Counted from the stretch's first letter, positions 34,198 through 44,325 are shown. The stretch: DNA of 64,000 nucleotides from Arcobacteraceae bacterium (GCA_965224485.1 CBDCZH010000015.1:32001-96000); one strand, 5' to 3'. The notes: generated by a model from the sequence alone, not told the origin. Made by a program: numbers and translations.

Positions 34198-35187
34198 ATG
34201 AAAAAAATATTTCTTATACTTTCTTTGAGTTTAGCCCTATTCTCAAATGAAAAGATTCAAAAACTAGATAAAATCATCTTAGCTGGTCCTTTTGCTTCAG
34301 TATCGCATCCTTTTTTTAGAATGATTCAAACAAATGCTTTAGGTGATATTGCAAAAAAAGTTGAATTTAAACTTTGGAAAAATCCAGATGAACTTAGAGC
34401 TCTAGTTCTAAATGGTGATGTTGACTTTATGGCAATTCCTACAAATGTAGCTGCAAACTTACACAATAAAAAACAAAAACTTAAACTTATAAATGTATCA
34501 GTTTGGGGTATATTAGGAATGATAAGTAGAGATCCTAGTTTAAAAACATTGGCTGATTTTAAAGGTAAAGAGATTGCTATTCCTTTTAGAGCAGATATGC
34601 CTGATATTGTTTTTGAACAAATATTAAGAAAAGAAGGATTAGATCCTAAAAAAGACTTCAAGTTAAGATATGTAGCAAGCCCTATTGATGCTATGCAGAT
34701 GTTAATTTTAAGACGAATTGATCATGCACTTTTAGCAGAACCTGCTATCTCAATTGCTTTGCGAAAAACAAAATCTTTTCCTATTAAACTTATTGCTCCT
34801 GATTTATATAGAAGTGTTGATTTACAAGAAGAGTGGGGAAGAGTTTTTAAAACACAAGCAAAATTACCACAAGCAGGTATTGTTGTTTTAGGAAAAACAA
34901 TTTCAAAAAAAGACATTATCAAAAGATTTCAAGAAGAGTATAAAAAATCTATTTCTTGGTATAAAAACAATCCTGTAAAAGCAGGAAAATTAGTTGCTAA
35001 AAACTTAAAAATGCTAAGTGCACCTGGTGTTGCTGATTCTATTGCTAATATAAATCTTGAATTTGTAAAAGCACAAGATGCTAAAGATGATTTAAAATCA
35101 TTTTATGAGATTTTAAAAGCAAGTAATGCAAAGACTATAGGGGGAAAACTTCCTAGTGAAGATTTTTATTATAATGAGCAAGAATAA
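34198..35187 (+). CDS. ABC transporter substrate-binding protein (NMT1/TauA/SsuA-like)
   Basis: Signal peptide, DFKGKEIAIP, ALLAEP. Confidence 0.85.
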   Translation: MKKIFLILSLSLALFSNEKIQKLDKIILAGPFASVSHPFFRMIQTNALGDIAKKVEFKLWKNPDELRALVLNGDVDFMAIPTNVAANLHNKKQKLKLINVSVWGILGMISRDPSLKTLADFKGKEIAIPFRADMPDIVFEQILRKEGLDPKKDFKLRYVASPIDAMQMLILRRIDHALLAEPAISIALRKTKSFPIKLIAPDLYRSVDLQEEWGRVFKTQAKLPQAGIVVLGKTISKKDIIKRFQEEYKKSISWYKNNPVKAGKLVAKNLKMLSAPGVADSIANINLEFVKAQDAKDDLKSFYEILKASNAKTIGGKLPSEDFYYNEQE

Positions 35188-35970
35188 ATGAATTTTTTAA
35201 TAAAACTATTAAAAGATTTTCCAAGATACTTATGGAGTGGTTGGAGTTCAATTGCTTCAATTTTATTATTTATTGCTTTATGGGATTTAGGAAATCAAAT
35301 TTATGGAGATTTGGTGCTTCCTAGTCCAAAAGAAACTTTTATCACACTTTTCACTATGTTACATGAAGATAGCGTCTGGCTTGATATTTATATTACTATT
35401 AAAAGAGCATTAATTGGTTTTTCAATCGCTTTAGTTTTAGGTTCAGTATTGGGTTTAATTTCTGGGCTTTTTGTAACTGCTTCTATGATGAGTAGACCAA
35501 TAGTTACTATTTTAGTAGGTATGCCTCCAATTGCATGGATAGTCTTAGCAATGATTTGGTTTGGCATGGGTAATGATACTGTTATTTTTACTGTTGTTGT
35601 AGCTTCTTTTCCTATAGTATTTGTAGGTGCCTTGCAAGGTACACGAACACTTGAGGGTGATTTAAAAGAGATGGCAGATAGTTTTAATCTTAGTTTTTCA
35701 ATGAAACTTTTTGATTTATATTTCCCACATATTTTTTCATATATCTTTCCTGCATGGATAAGTGCCTTAGGAATGAGTTGGAAAATTGTAGTTATGGCTG
35801 AGTTATTATCTGCAAATGATGGGATAGGAGCAGCCTTAGCAATTGCTAGGTCACAGTTAGATACCCCAACAGCTTTAGCTTTAGTTGTTATAATGATTGG
35901 TTCACTTTTATTAATTGAGTATTTATTACTTGAACCACTAAAAAGAGAAGTTGAATTATGGAGAAAATAA
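35188..35970 (+). CDS. ABC transporter permease (TauC/SsuC-like)
   Basis: LPSP, PPIAW, WKIVVMAELL. Confidence 0.9.
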   Translation: MNFLIKLLKDFPRYLWSGWSSIASILLFIALWDLGNQIYGDLVLPSPKETFITLFTMLHEDSVWLDIYITIKRALIGFSIALVLGSVLGLISGLFVTASMMSRPIVTILVGMPPIAWIVLAMIWFGMGNDTVIFTVVVASFPIVFVGALQGTRTLEGDLKEMADSFNLSFSMKLFDLYFPHIFSYIFPAWISALGMSWKIVVMAELLSANDGIGAALAIARSQLDTPTALALVVIMIGSLLLIEYLLLEPLKREVELWRK

Positions 35971-36761
35971 AAGAAGAAAATATGCCAGAAAAAAAAATAA
36001 AAGAAAATAGAAAAATTGAAGAGTTAATAGTTAATAATGTATCTCATAGTTTTGGTTTTACTGATATTTTAAAAGATATTTCTTTTTCTTTAAAAAAAGG
36101 AAAAGTATTATCAATAGTAGGACCAAGTGGAGGAGGGAAAACCACCTTACTTCACTTATGTGCACACTTACTTGATTTAGAAGAAGGAGAGATTAAAAAC
36201 TCTTTTACATCTTCTTCTTTTGCTTTTCAAGATGCTAGATTATTACCATGGAAAAATGTAATTGATAATATTGCTTTGGGTTTAAAAGCCAAAGGAGTTT
36301 CTAAAAAACAAAGAGAAAAAGAAGCTAGAAAAATAGCTTTAAGATTTGGTTTAGAAGAAGATGATTTTGATAAGTTTCCAAAAGATTTAAGTGGAGGAAT
36401 GAGTCAAAGAGTCTCTTTTGCACGAGCAATGGTTATTAAACCATCTTTATTATTTTTAGATGAACCTTTTTCTGCTTTAGATATAGGATTAAAAAAAGAG
36501 CTTAAAAATCTTCTAATTAAAACCATTAAAGAAGAGAACTTAACTGTTTTATTTATAACTCATGATTTAATGGAAGCTATAAAACTAAGTGATGAAATTT
36601 TACTCTTAAAAGCTGAACCAGTAGGACATGTTGTAAAAACATTTACTTATGATTTACCTCAAGAATTAAGAGATGATAAGTTTGTTTATGAGCAAACTGC
36701 AAAAATATTAAGTGATGAAACAATTATTCAAACATTTGAATTAGAACTAAAAGGTAAATAA
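35958..36761 (+). CDS. ABC transporter ATP-binding protein (TauB/SsuB-like)
   Basis: GPSGGGKTT, LSGGM.QR, DEPFSALD, ITHD. Confidence 0.92.
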   Translation: MEKIKEENMPEKKIKENRKIEELIVNNVSHSFGFTDILKDISFSLKKGKVLSIVGPSGGGKTTLLHLCAHLLDLEEGEIKNSFTSSSFAFQDARLLPWKNVIDNIALGLKAKGVSKKQREKEARKIALRFGLEEDDFDKFPKDLSGGMSQRVSFARAMVIKPSLLFLDEPFSALDIGLKKELKNLLIKTIKEENLTVLFITHDLMEAIKLSDEILLLKAEPVGHVVKTFTYDLPQELRDDKFVYEQTAKILSDETIIQTFELELKGK

Positions 36762-38005
36762 TGAGTGAGCAAAAAGAAAAAAAACAGTACGCAACAAGTC
36801 ATTATACACACTACCCAAAAGGTGAGTATCCTGCGGTATTAGCTTATGGTTTTAGACCTATATTTTTATTACTAGCACCATATATAATAATAAGTATAAT
36901 TTTATGGTCTTTAAGTTTCTCTGGTTATATTAATCTTAGTTTTATGAACGATCCTTTAACTTGGCATATGTATGAAATGATATTTGGAATTGGAAGTGCT
37001 GGAATAATTGCTTTTTTTCTAACAGGAGCACCTGAACTATTTCCAGGCACTATTCCTATCGTAGGACGTCATCTCATTTATATAACAGCACTTTGGGCCA
37101 TAGGAAGAATAAGTTTTTGGTTTATTGATTTTTTAGGTGTTTATTTTGTAGCCCTTACAAATATACCTTTAATTATTTGGATAACTCTTTTAGTAATCAA
37201 ACCAGTTGTGCTAGATCCTCAAAGAAAACACATCTCATTTGCTTATATGTTAGTTATTCTAATAAGTATTCAGATTTGGTTTTTCTTAGCTGCTGCATCA
37301 TTAGTAGAGACATCTACTATGGATATTCTAAAAATAGCCCTTGGAGCTTTTACAGTATTAGAACTTGTTGCTTTAAGAAGAGTAAATATGGAAGCTATTA
37401 ATGAGTTATTAGAAGATGAAGATATAGATGAAACATTTTACTCACGCTCACCTAGATATAACCTTGCTATTTTTTGTATTACTTTATATACAACTGTTGA
37501 GTTTTTCTATCCTACAAATGCTATTTTAGGATGGATTGCACTATCGTGTGCTGCTTCTGTTTTAAGTATTTTAAGTGATTTTGTTTTAAAAGATAATAAT
37601 ATTTTATTAAAACCTTTTGTTATGTACATGATGAGTATTTTGATTTTGATGAGCTTAGGATATGGTTTTATGGGATATGATTATTTAAATGATAATATTT
37701 ATGCTTTAAATCATTTTAGACATTTTTTAACAACAGGTGTTTTTGGTTTAGTCTTTTTTATGGTTATGGTAATAGTTTCAACTGTTCACACAGGAAGACA
37801 TATTTTTACTAATTATTTAACTTCAATTGGTGTTATTTTAATAATAATAGCAACCTTTATAAGAGCTTTTATTCCTTTTTATGAGCAGTATACTATGGAA
37901 GCTTATATAGTATCTTCTATTCTGTGGGTTATTCCTTTCATTATTTATATGAAGATATTTTTTCCATTCTTAATAAAAGCTAGAGCAGATGGTATTCCTG
38001 GATAA
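36761..38005 (+). CDS. NnrS family membrane protein
   Basis: GFRPIFL, WHMYEMIFG, FFLT, HTGR; polytopic. Confidence 0.88.
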   Translation: MSEQKEKKQYATSHYTHYPKGEYPAVLAYGFRPIFLLLAPYIIISIILWSLSFSGYINLSFMNDPLTWHMYEMIFGIGSAGIIAFFLTGAPELFPGTIPIVGRHLIYITALWAIGRISFWFIDFLGVYFVALTNIPLIIWITLLVIKPVVLDPQRKHISFAYMLVILISIQIWFFLAAASLVETSTMDILKIALGAFTVLELVALRRVNMEAINELLEDEDIDETFYSRSPRYNLAIFCITLYTTVEFFYPTNAILGWIALSCAASVLSILSDFVLKDNNILLKPFVMYMMSILILMSLGYGFMGYDYLNDNIYALNHFRHFLTTGVFGLVFFMVMVIVSTVHTGRHIFTNYLTSIGVILIIIATFIRAFIPFYEQYTMEAYIVSSILWVIPFIIYMKIFFPFLIKARADGIPG

Positions 38006-38066
38006 AATATAAAAATTATTCTAGTTTTATTTTTAATTTAATTTTTATATTTATTCAGTATGATAT

Positions 38067-38081
38067 TGATACTCATTATTA
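38067..38081. promoter_or_regulatory. Fur-box-like site
   Basis: TGATACT-C-ATTATTA directly upstream of the RBS of a 31-aa ORF. Confidence 0.55.
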
Positions 38082-38093
38082 TAAGGATTTAAA

Positions 38094-38189
38094 ATGGAAA
38101 TATTTTATTATATGCTAGGCGCAGTTCTTAGTTTAGGAAATGCAAGTATAGTATCAATTTATTATTTTGATAAAAATAAAAAAAGATAA
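38094..38189 (+). CDS. 31-aa single-TM microprotein MEIFYYMLGAVLSLGNASIVSIYYFDKNKKR
   Basis: AAGGA RBS, Fur-like site upstream, hairpin at the stop. Confidence 0.6.
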   Translation: MEIFYYMLGAVLSLGNASIVSIYYFDKNKKR

Positions 38190-38212
38190 AAGACTTAAGT
38201 CTTTTATCTTTT
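38181..38212 (+). terminator. Inverted repeat after the microprotein gene
   Basis: AAAAGATAAAAGACT / AGTCTTTTATCTTTT. Confidence 0.6.
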
Positions 38213-38427
38213 AAAAACTCTTTTTTTAAGTAAAAAACACTATGTATGTTATAATATTATCTAAATTATTCTAATATATATAAGTAAATAATTCTATTTA
38301 TAAAAAGTTTAATTCTAGTAAAAGTCCATAAATACGACCTTGTTTTCAAATGAAAAATTAAATTTAAAATATAATTTTTTATTATAATCCACATTATCTT
38401 TCTTTAAGTTTATTTTCTATACTATTC

Positions 38428-38442
38428 TGATAACCATTATTA
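38428..38442. promoter_or_regulatory. Fur-box-like site
   Basis: TGATAAC-C-ATTATTA next to TATACT/TATAAT elements. Confidence 0.6.
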
Positions 38443-38466
38443 CTATTATAATTAAAAGGAAATAAT

Positions 38467-38667
38467 ATGAGTCACATTTTATTAAAAAAACTGAACAATT
38501 TTGAAACATATAAAGTTGATTCAGCCAAACAAAGTATTTTAAACCTAAATAGTGTTCAAAGAGTTAATCTTGATGACTTCTTTGAAATATCTCATATACT
38601 TGATTCTACTTATATGAACTATAAAGTTGATAGTAATTTAAACATTATTGTTTTAGGTAAAAAATAA
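38467..38667 (+). CDS. Small hypothetical protein (66 aa)
   Basis: AAAGGA RBS. Confidence 0.7.
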   Translation: MSHILLKKLNNFETYKVDSAKQSILNLNSVQRVNLDDFFEISHILDSTYMNYKVDSNLNIIVLGKK

Positions 38668-38668
38668 A

Positions 38669-38797
38669 ATGCAAAATAACTATCTTGATATGAAAGTCTT
38701 ACAAAATAGGTTTGATAAGTTAAAAAAAGAAGTACTAAATAAAGATAGTTTTAAAAAAAATAAAACTACTGTATTAAAAATAAAAGGAAATAAATGA
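38669..38797 (+). CDS. Small hypothetical protein (42 aa, MQNNYLDMKVLQNRFDKLKK..)
   Basis: Starts 1 nt after the upstream stop; ATGA overlap with next ORF. Confidence 0.5.
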   Translation: MQNNYLDMKVLQNRFDKLKKEVLNKDSFKKNKTTVLKIKGNK

Positions 38798-38934
38798 AGA
38801 AAAACGTAGACCTCTTAGGCATTAAAAATAATAAAGATGCAAAGATTCTAAAAATGATTAAGAATAAAACTAACACAAATTTAATATCAAGTATAAACAA
38901 TGAAGTTTATACTAGATGTAATTTTTCTTTTTAG
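38794..38934 (+). CDS. Small hypothetical protein (46 aa, MKKNVDLLGIKNNKDAKIL..VYTRCNFSF)
   Basis: AAAGGA RBS, ATGA coupling. Confidence 0.6.
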   Translation: MKKNVDLLGIKNNKDAKILKMIKNKTNTNLISSINNEVYTRCNFSF

Positions 38935-38946
38935 CTTGTCAAACTA

Positions 38947-39177
38947 ATGGAAGAATATTTTTTAATTAACCGTTTTGAAGATGGTTATAGACACAGTGAA
39001 TTTATATACGAAGAAGTAGTTATAGAATACTGCACAGAGGCACTTCTGATTCCAGAAGAAAAGATTTTAAATGCTATTTATACAGCAGAAGGAATAGAAA
39101 TAGTTTTACATGATTTAGAGCTTGATGATGTAAAAGATGATTGGTATGTAAATCTTCAAAGATTAAATGCAGCATAA
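38947..39177 (+). CDS. Small acidic hypothetical protein (76 aa)
   Basis: E/D-rich ORF followed by a hairpin. Confidence 0.7.
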   Translation: MEEYFLINRFEDGYRHSEFIYEEVVIEYCTEALLIPEEKILNAIYTAEGIEIVLHDLELDDVKDDWYVNLQRLNAA

Positions 39178-39181
39178 GTAT

Positions 39182-39213
39182 AAGACTAGAATACCTAAGT
39201 GTTCTAGTCTTTC
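39182..39213 (+). terminator. Intrinsic terminator-like hairpin
   Basis: AAGACTAGAATAC-CTAA-GTGTTCTAGTCTT. Confidence 0.65.
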
Positions 39214-39264
39214 TTAAAAATATCTATAAAAAATGAAGAAATTTACATAATTTATTATTGATTA

Positions 39265-39279
39265 AGATAATTGTTATCA
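39265..39279. promoter_or_regulatory. Fur box upstream of the CobN-like locus
   Basis: AGATAAT-T-GTTATCA followed by TATAAT. Confidence 0.7.
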
Positions 39280-39318
39280 CTATTAATATATAATCTTTTT
39301 TTAATTTAAAGGATTTAA

Positions 39319-39846
39319 ATGATTTCAGCTTTAGAAATATTAATGTACGAGGTGTCAAACACCTTTTTAACCCCGGTTTTACTTCTTATTATAGCCTTGT
39401 TTTTATACTCTATTTTTGAAACAGGTGTATTTGTTTCTCAATATTTCAAAAGAAAAAGAACTCTTAAAAACTATAATACTTTTGTTACCTCACAAGTAAA
39501 AAACAAAATATCTGGTTATCCAATACTTTCTTATGTAATAAAGAAAACTTTTTCTTCATGTGAAGACCTTGAAGTTCATGCACATAAAGTACTTCAAGTT
39601 TCATCAATAGTTACAAGAATTTCTCCAATGTTAGGATTAGTAGCAACAATGATACCAATGGGACCAGCTTTAAAAGCATTATCAAGTGGAAATATCCAAG
39701 GTATTAGTGATAACCTAATTGTTGCTTTTGCTGCTGTTATTTTCTCACTTATAACTGCTTCTATTACTTATTGGATTACAACTGTTAGACGTGGTTGGTA
39801 TGCACATGAAATTAAAGATATTTTAGAAATGAATAAAGAAAAATAA
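39319..39846 (+). CDS. MotA/TolQ/ExbB proton-channel family protein (HmuU-like)
   Basis: RISPMLGLVATMIPMGPAL..G..L.VAF..V..L. Confidence 0.88.
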   Translation: MISALEILMYEVSNTFLTPVLLLIIALFLYSIFETGVFVSQYFKRKRTLKNYNTFVTSQVKNKISGYPILSYVIKKTFSSCEDLEVHAHKVLQVSSIVTRISPMLGLVATMIPMGPALKALSSGNIQGISDNLIVAFAAVIFSLITASITYWITTVRRGWYAHEIKDILEMNKEK

Positions 39847-40151
39847 TGAAGATTTTACATGATGATGAATCATTAAATCCAATTTTATCAGCTGTTAATT
39901 TAATTGATGTATTTTTAGTGATTATTGCTGCTTTATTAATTACTCTTGCGCAAAATCCATTAAATCCATTTTCAAGTGAAGATGTTACAGTTATTAAAAA
40001 TCCTGGAAAGAAAAATATGGAAATTATTATCAAAAAAGGTAAAAAAATAACTAAGTATAAATCAGAAGGAAAAATTGGTCAAGGTCAAGGCGAAAAAGCT
40101 GGTGTTGCATATAAACTAAAAGATGGAAGTATGGTTTATATACCAGAATAA
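39846..40151 (+). CDS. DUF2149 family protein (HmuV-like)
   Basis: NP..SAVNLIDVFLV, KNPGK..MEII.K.G, G.G...G.AY.L.DG..VYIPE. Confidence 0.9.
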   Translation: MKILHDDESLNPILSAVNLIDVFLVIIAALLITLAQNPLNPFSSEDVTVIKNPGKKNMEIIIKKGKKITKYKSEGKIGQGQGEKAGVAYKLKDGSMVYIPE

Positions 40152-40176
40152 GTAATAAAACTAAAGGTTGATTTTA

Positions 40177-43100
40177 ATGAAGAAAATATTATTTCTAATA
40201 CTAATACTATTTAGCATAAATTCTTATGCTAAAACAGATATGCTGATATTTAGTACTACAATGGGAAAAGCTCCTCAAGCTTCAAAAGCGAATGAGCTTA
40301 TTGCTGTTGCAAAAAAAAATAATTTAAATATTGTTTTTAAATTTGAAAATGAAATTAAACAAGATGAATTATTAAAAGAATTTAATAAATATAAAATTAT
40401 AATGTTTGACTCCCTTGCTGGTTCACGTGGAATCAATTCTTTATTAGAAAAATATTCAAGTACTTTAAAACTTTTAAATAAAGATACAGTAATTATTCCT
40501 ATTTCACTAGAAGATGAAAATCCATATAGAAAAAATATATCAATTAAGCAAAATATTGATTTAAATAAGTACTGGTATAACGGAGGAAAACATAATTTCA
40601 AAAACTTTTCAATTTATCTAAATACTGAAATTTTGGAAAGAAGTACTAATACATATGAGAAAGCTATGGTTATTCCAAAAGAAGGGATATATCATCCAAA
40701 AAATCCAAAAATTGTTTTTTCTTCTTTAGAAGAGTATGCAAAGTTTTTTAAAATAGATTTAGAAAAACCATCAAAACCACTAATTGCTATAGGTTTACAT
40801 AGAGGTTCACTTGTTTCAAATGCCTTAGAACATATAAATGAAATGATAAATTATTTAGAAAACAAAGGTTATCAGACAATTCCATATTTTACTGATATTA
40901 CGGGAGATGATTTTGTTGGAAATAAATTTTTAAGATATAAAAATAAAACGATTGTTGATGTAGTTATTAATTTTCAAATTATGATAATTGATCATGAAAG
41001 TTTAAAAGACAAATATAAAAACTTAAATGTACCTATTTTACATGCTTTATATTATAGTGAAGGTGATGAAGAAATATGGAGAGATGATAATGTAGGGGTT
41101 AAGTTTCCTATGATTGCTATGAGTTTTATTATTCCTGAGACTTTAGGTTATACAGATGGATTAATCATAGCAGCTCAAGATAAAAAAACAAAAAAACTAA
41201 TGCCAATTAAAGAACAATTATACTCTTTAGCAAATAAAGCAATAAATATTTCAAAGTTAAAGCAAAAAAGTAATAAAGATAAAAATATTGCAATTATGTA
41301 TTATAACTATCCTGCTGGAATTAATAATATGGGAGCATCATTTTTAAATACTCCAAGAACATTAGAACTCTTATTAAAAAATATGAAAAACAAGGGTTAT
41401 ACAACTATTTTAAAAGACTCAACTTGGTTTGAAAAAGAAGCTACAAAATCTTTAAAGGCATATTATGAAAAAGGTCATGATGCCCAGATGTTAAAAGATG
41501 ATGTTGCTGCTTTATATCCTTATGATAAATATATTAAATATTTTAGAGCCCTACCTTTAAAAACACAAAAAATTATAAACAAAGCTTGGAAAAGTCCAAG
41601 ATATTCTAAAATGATTACAAGAGTAAATGGAAAAAGATATTTTCTAATTCCAAGAATAAAATTAGGAAACTTAGTAATTTTACCACAACCAAGAAGAGGT
41701 GAGAGAGTTGATAAATTAAGCTTAAAACTTAAAAAACTAAAAGATGAAGATACATCTTTGTGGCATAATCAAAAAGTTCCTGTAAATCACTCTTATTTAG
41801 CTTCATACCTTTATATTAAAGAAGCTTTTAAGGCTGATGCTTTGGTTCATTTAGGAACACATGGAACACAAGAATGGATGCCTGGAAAAGAGAGAGGATT
41901 AAGTGTTTATGACTCAGCTTTATTGCCTTTAGGAGATTTAGTTGTAGTTTATCCTTATATTACAAATAATGTAGCTGAAGCCATGCAAGCAAAAAGAAGA
42001 GGAAGAGCAACACTAATTTCTCATCAAACTCCACCTTTTTCAATTTCTGGAACGTATAAAGAAGTTGGAGAAATAATGGACTATATTAATCAATACAAAA
42101 GTGTTGATGATGGTATGTTAGCCAGTAAACTAAAAGAACAAATCACAAATTTAAGCTTAAAACTTAGTATGAATAAAGATATAGAATTTACTAAAGAAGA
42201 TATAAACAAAGATTTTTCTAAATATCTTTCAAAAATAGAAGATTATATTTTAGGAATGAGTGGAAGTGCTCAACCTTTAGGTATGCATACCTTTGGAACT
42301 TATCCTAAAGAAGAGTATTTAATTACTACTATTATGCAAATGCTTGGAAAAGATTTTTTAAAAAAAGCAGATGGAGAACTTTATTTTTCAAAAGATTATA
42401 AAGAAATTACTAAATCAAAAGCATATATATTTGTAAAAAACTATGCACTTGATAAAAAAGATACTAAAGATTTAGATAATAAAGAATTACTTGTTTATTT
42501 AGAACTTGCAAAAGAGTATATACATAATTTCAAAACAAATAAAGAGACAAAAAATCTTTTAAGAGCGTTAGAAGGTGAGTTTATTGAAACTGGTATTGGA
42601 GGAGATCCTATAAGAAATCCTAAATCAGTTCCTACTGGAAAAAATATGTATGGTTTTGACCCTACAAAAATTCCAACTAAAGCAGCTTATGAAACTGGTA
42701 AAAAACTTATGAAAGATTTTATTGAGAATTATTATGATGAACATGGTAAATATCCTACAAAATTAACATTTAATCTATGGTCTTTAGAGTCAATGAGACA
42801 TTATGGTGTTTTAGAATCACAAATATTATATGCAATGGGAGTTAAACCTATTTGGAATGAAACAGGAATTTCTAATAGTTTTATTCAAAATATTGTAAAA
42901 CAATTCTTACAAAACTATCTAGGAGATAGTTTAGCAGGCTTTTTCTCAAAAGCAGTTACTATGCAAAGAATTGAATTTTTATTGGGTTTAACACCTGATT
43001 CTTGGCTTCTAAAACCTAAAAAAATGCTAAGACATGCAGCTAAAGTTCATAAAGGAACGGTAGAAGATGTTGAGATCATTCCTTATAGCCAGTTAAAACG

Positions 43101-44304
43101 TCCTCGAATTGATACTGTTATTTCAGTAACTGGTTTATATAGAGATACTTTTCCACAAGCTATGTTAGTTTTAGCAAAAGCAGTTGAAAAAGTGGCTGCT
43201 TTAAAAGAAGACAATAATTATTTACGAATAAATACTTTAAATATACAACAAGAGCTTAAAAAACAAGGTCTTAAAAGAGATGATATAAAAAGATTATCAA
43301 CTATTAGAATATTTTCAAATAAAACAGGTTCTTATGGTTCTGGAATTGCAGATATTGATGATACTGATAAATGGGATGATGAGAGTAGATTAACTGATAA
43401 TTATTTTGAAACAAGAGGTTATTATTTTGGTTCTGATACTAAATATTGGAATGAAAAAATGCCAAAAGTTGACTTATATGCTAAGAATTTAAGTGGAACA
43501 CAAAGTGTAATTTTTTCAAGAACTTCAAATCTTTATGGTTTATTAACTTCTGATGACCCTTATGGATATTTTGGAGCAATTTCTTTAGCAATTAGAAAAC
43601 TTGATGGAACAAATCCTAAAACTTATATAAGTAATTTAAGAGATCCAAATAATGCAAGACTTCAAAGTACGGCTGAGTTTATGAGTCAAGAGTTAAGAAG
43701 TAGATATTTTCATCCAAAATGGATAAAAGCTATGAAAGAAGAAGGTTATTCTGGAACAACTGGAGTTTTAGATGTAGTTAAAAACTTTTGGGGTTGGCAA
43801 GTTGTTGATCCAAGTGTTGTAAGAGATGACCAATGGAATGAGTTTGTTGAAGTTTATATTGACGATAAATATAACTTAGATTTAAAAGAGTGGTTTACAA
43901 AAAATAATCCAGATTCTTTAGCTCAAATTGTTGAAAAAATGACAGAAGCTTATAGAAAAGGTTATTGGAAAGCAGATGAAAAAACTATAAAAAAACTCTT
44001 AGAATTATATAAAGAATTAGAAAACAAATATAAGGTTAAATCTTATAACTTAGATTTCAATGAGTTTAAAAAGAAGGCTTCTTTAGGTTTTGGACTTGCA
44101 AGTTTACAAAAAATTGCAAAAAATACAAATCAAAGTGAAAAAGCAAAACAAGCCTTAAAACCAAAACCAAAAGTTAAGGGTCAAAAACTAGAAAAAATAC
44201 AAAAACAGGAGATGAAAAAAGATTATGTAAATGAAATAATAATAGCTTTCTTTTTATTATTATTATCATTTGGATTTATTTATGAGTTGAAAAAAGAGGA
44301 TTAA
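40177..44304 (+). CDS. CobN/BchH-family chelatase-like protein 1, signal peptide + C-terminal TM anchor (HmuS-like)
   Basis: HLGTHGTQEW.PGK, KRRGRA, GGDPIRNP..PTGKN, RPRID, RYFHPKWI; N-term MKKILFLILILFSINSYA. Confidence 0.92.
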   Translation: MKKILFLILILFSINSYAKTDMLIFSTTMGKAPQASKANELIAVAKKNNLNIVFKFENEIKQDELLKEFNKYKIIMFDSLAGSRGINSLLEKYSSTLKLLNKDTVIIPISLEDENPYRKNISIKQNIDLNKYWYNGGKHNFKNFSIYLNTEILERSTNTYEKAMVIPKEGIYHPKNPKIVFSSLEEYAKFFKIDLEKPSKPLIAIGLHRGSLVSNALEHINEMINYLENKGYQTIPYFTDITGDDFVGNKFLRYKNKTIVDVVINFQIMIIDHESLKDKYKNLNVPILHALYYSEGDEEIWRDDNVGVKFPMIAMSFIIPETLGYTDGLIIAAQDKKTKKLMPIKEQLYSLANKAINISKLKQKSNKDKNIAIMYYNYPAGINNMGASFLNTPRTLELLLKNMKNKGYTTILKDSTWFEKEATKSLKAYYEKGHDAQMLKDDVAALYPYDKYIKYFRALPLKTQKIINKAWKSPRYSKMITRVNGKRYFLIPRIKLGNLVILPQPRRGERVDKLSLKLKKLKDEDTSLWHNQKVPVNHSYLASYLYIKEAFKADALVHLGTHGTQEWMPGKERGLSVYDSALLPLGDLVVVYPYITNNVAEAMQAKRRGRATLISHQTPPFSISGTYKEVGEIMDYINQYKSVDDGMLASKLKEQITNLSLKLSMNKDIEFTKEDINKDFSKYLSKIEDYILGMSGSAQPLGMHTFGTYPKEEYLITTIMQMLGKDFLKKADGELYFSKDYKEITKSKAYIFVKNYALDKKDTKDLDNKELLVYLELAKEYIHNFKTNKETKNLLRALEGEFIETGIGGDPIRNPKSVPTGKNMYGFDPTKIPTKAAYETGKKLMKDFIENYYDEHGKYPTKLTFNLWSLESMRHYGVLESQILYAMGVKPIWNETGISNSFIQNIVKQFLQNYLGDSLAGFFSKAVTMQRIEFLLGLTPDSWLLKPKKMLRHAAKVHKGTVEDVEIIPYSQLKRPRIDTVISVTGLYRDTFPQAMLVLAKAVEKVAALKEDNNYLRINTLNIQQELKKQGLKRDDIKRLSTIRIFSNKTGSYGSGIADIDDTDKWDDESRLTDNYFETRGYYFGSDTKYWNEKMPKVDLYAKNLSGTQSVIFSRTSNLYGLLTSDDPYGYFGAISLAIRKLDGTNPKTYISNLRDPNNARLQSTAEFMSQELRSRYFHPKWIKAMKEEGYSGTTGVLDVVKNFWGWQVVDPSVVRDDQWNEFVEVYIDDKYNLDLKEWFTKNNPDSLAQIVEKMTEAYRKGYWKADEKTIKKLLELYKELENKYKVKSYNLDFNEFKKKASLGFGLASLQKIAKNTNQSEKAKQALKPKPKVKGQKLEKIQKQEMKKDYVNEIIIAFFLLLLSFGFIYELKKED

Positions 44305-44317
44305 TCCTCTTTTTTTT
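44290..44317 (+). terminator. Terminator overlapping the CobN-1 stop
   Basis: AAAAAAGAGGA-TTAA-TCCTCTTTTTTTT. Confidence 0.7.
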
Positions 44318-44325
44318 AAGTATTG

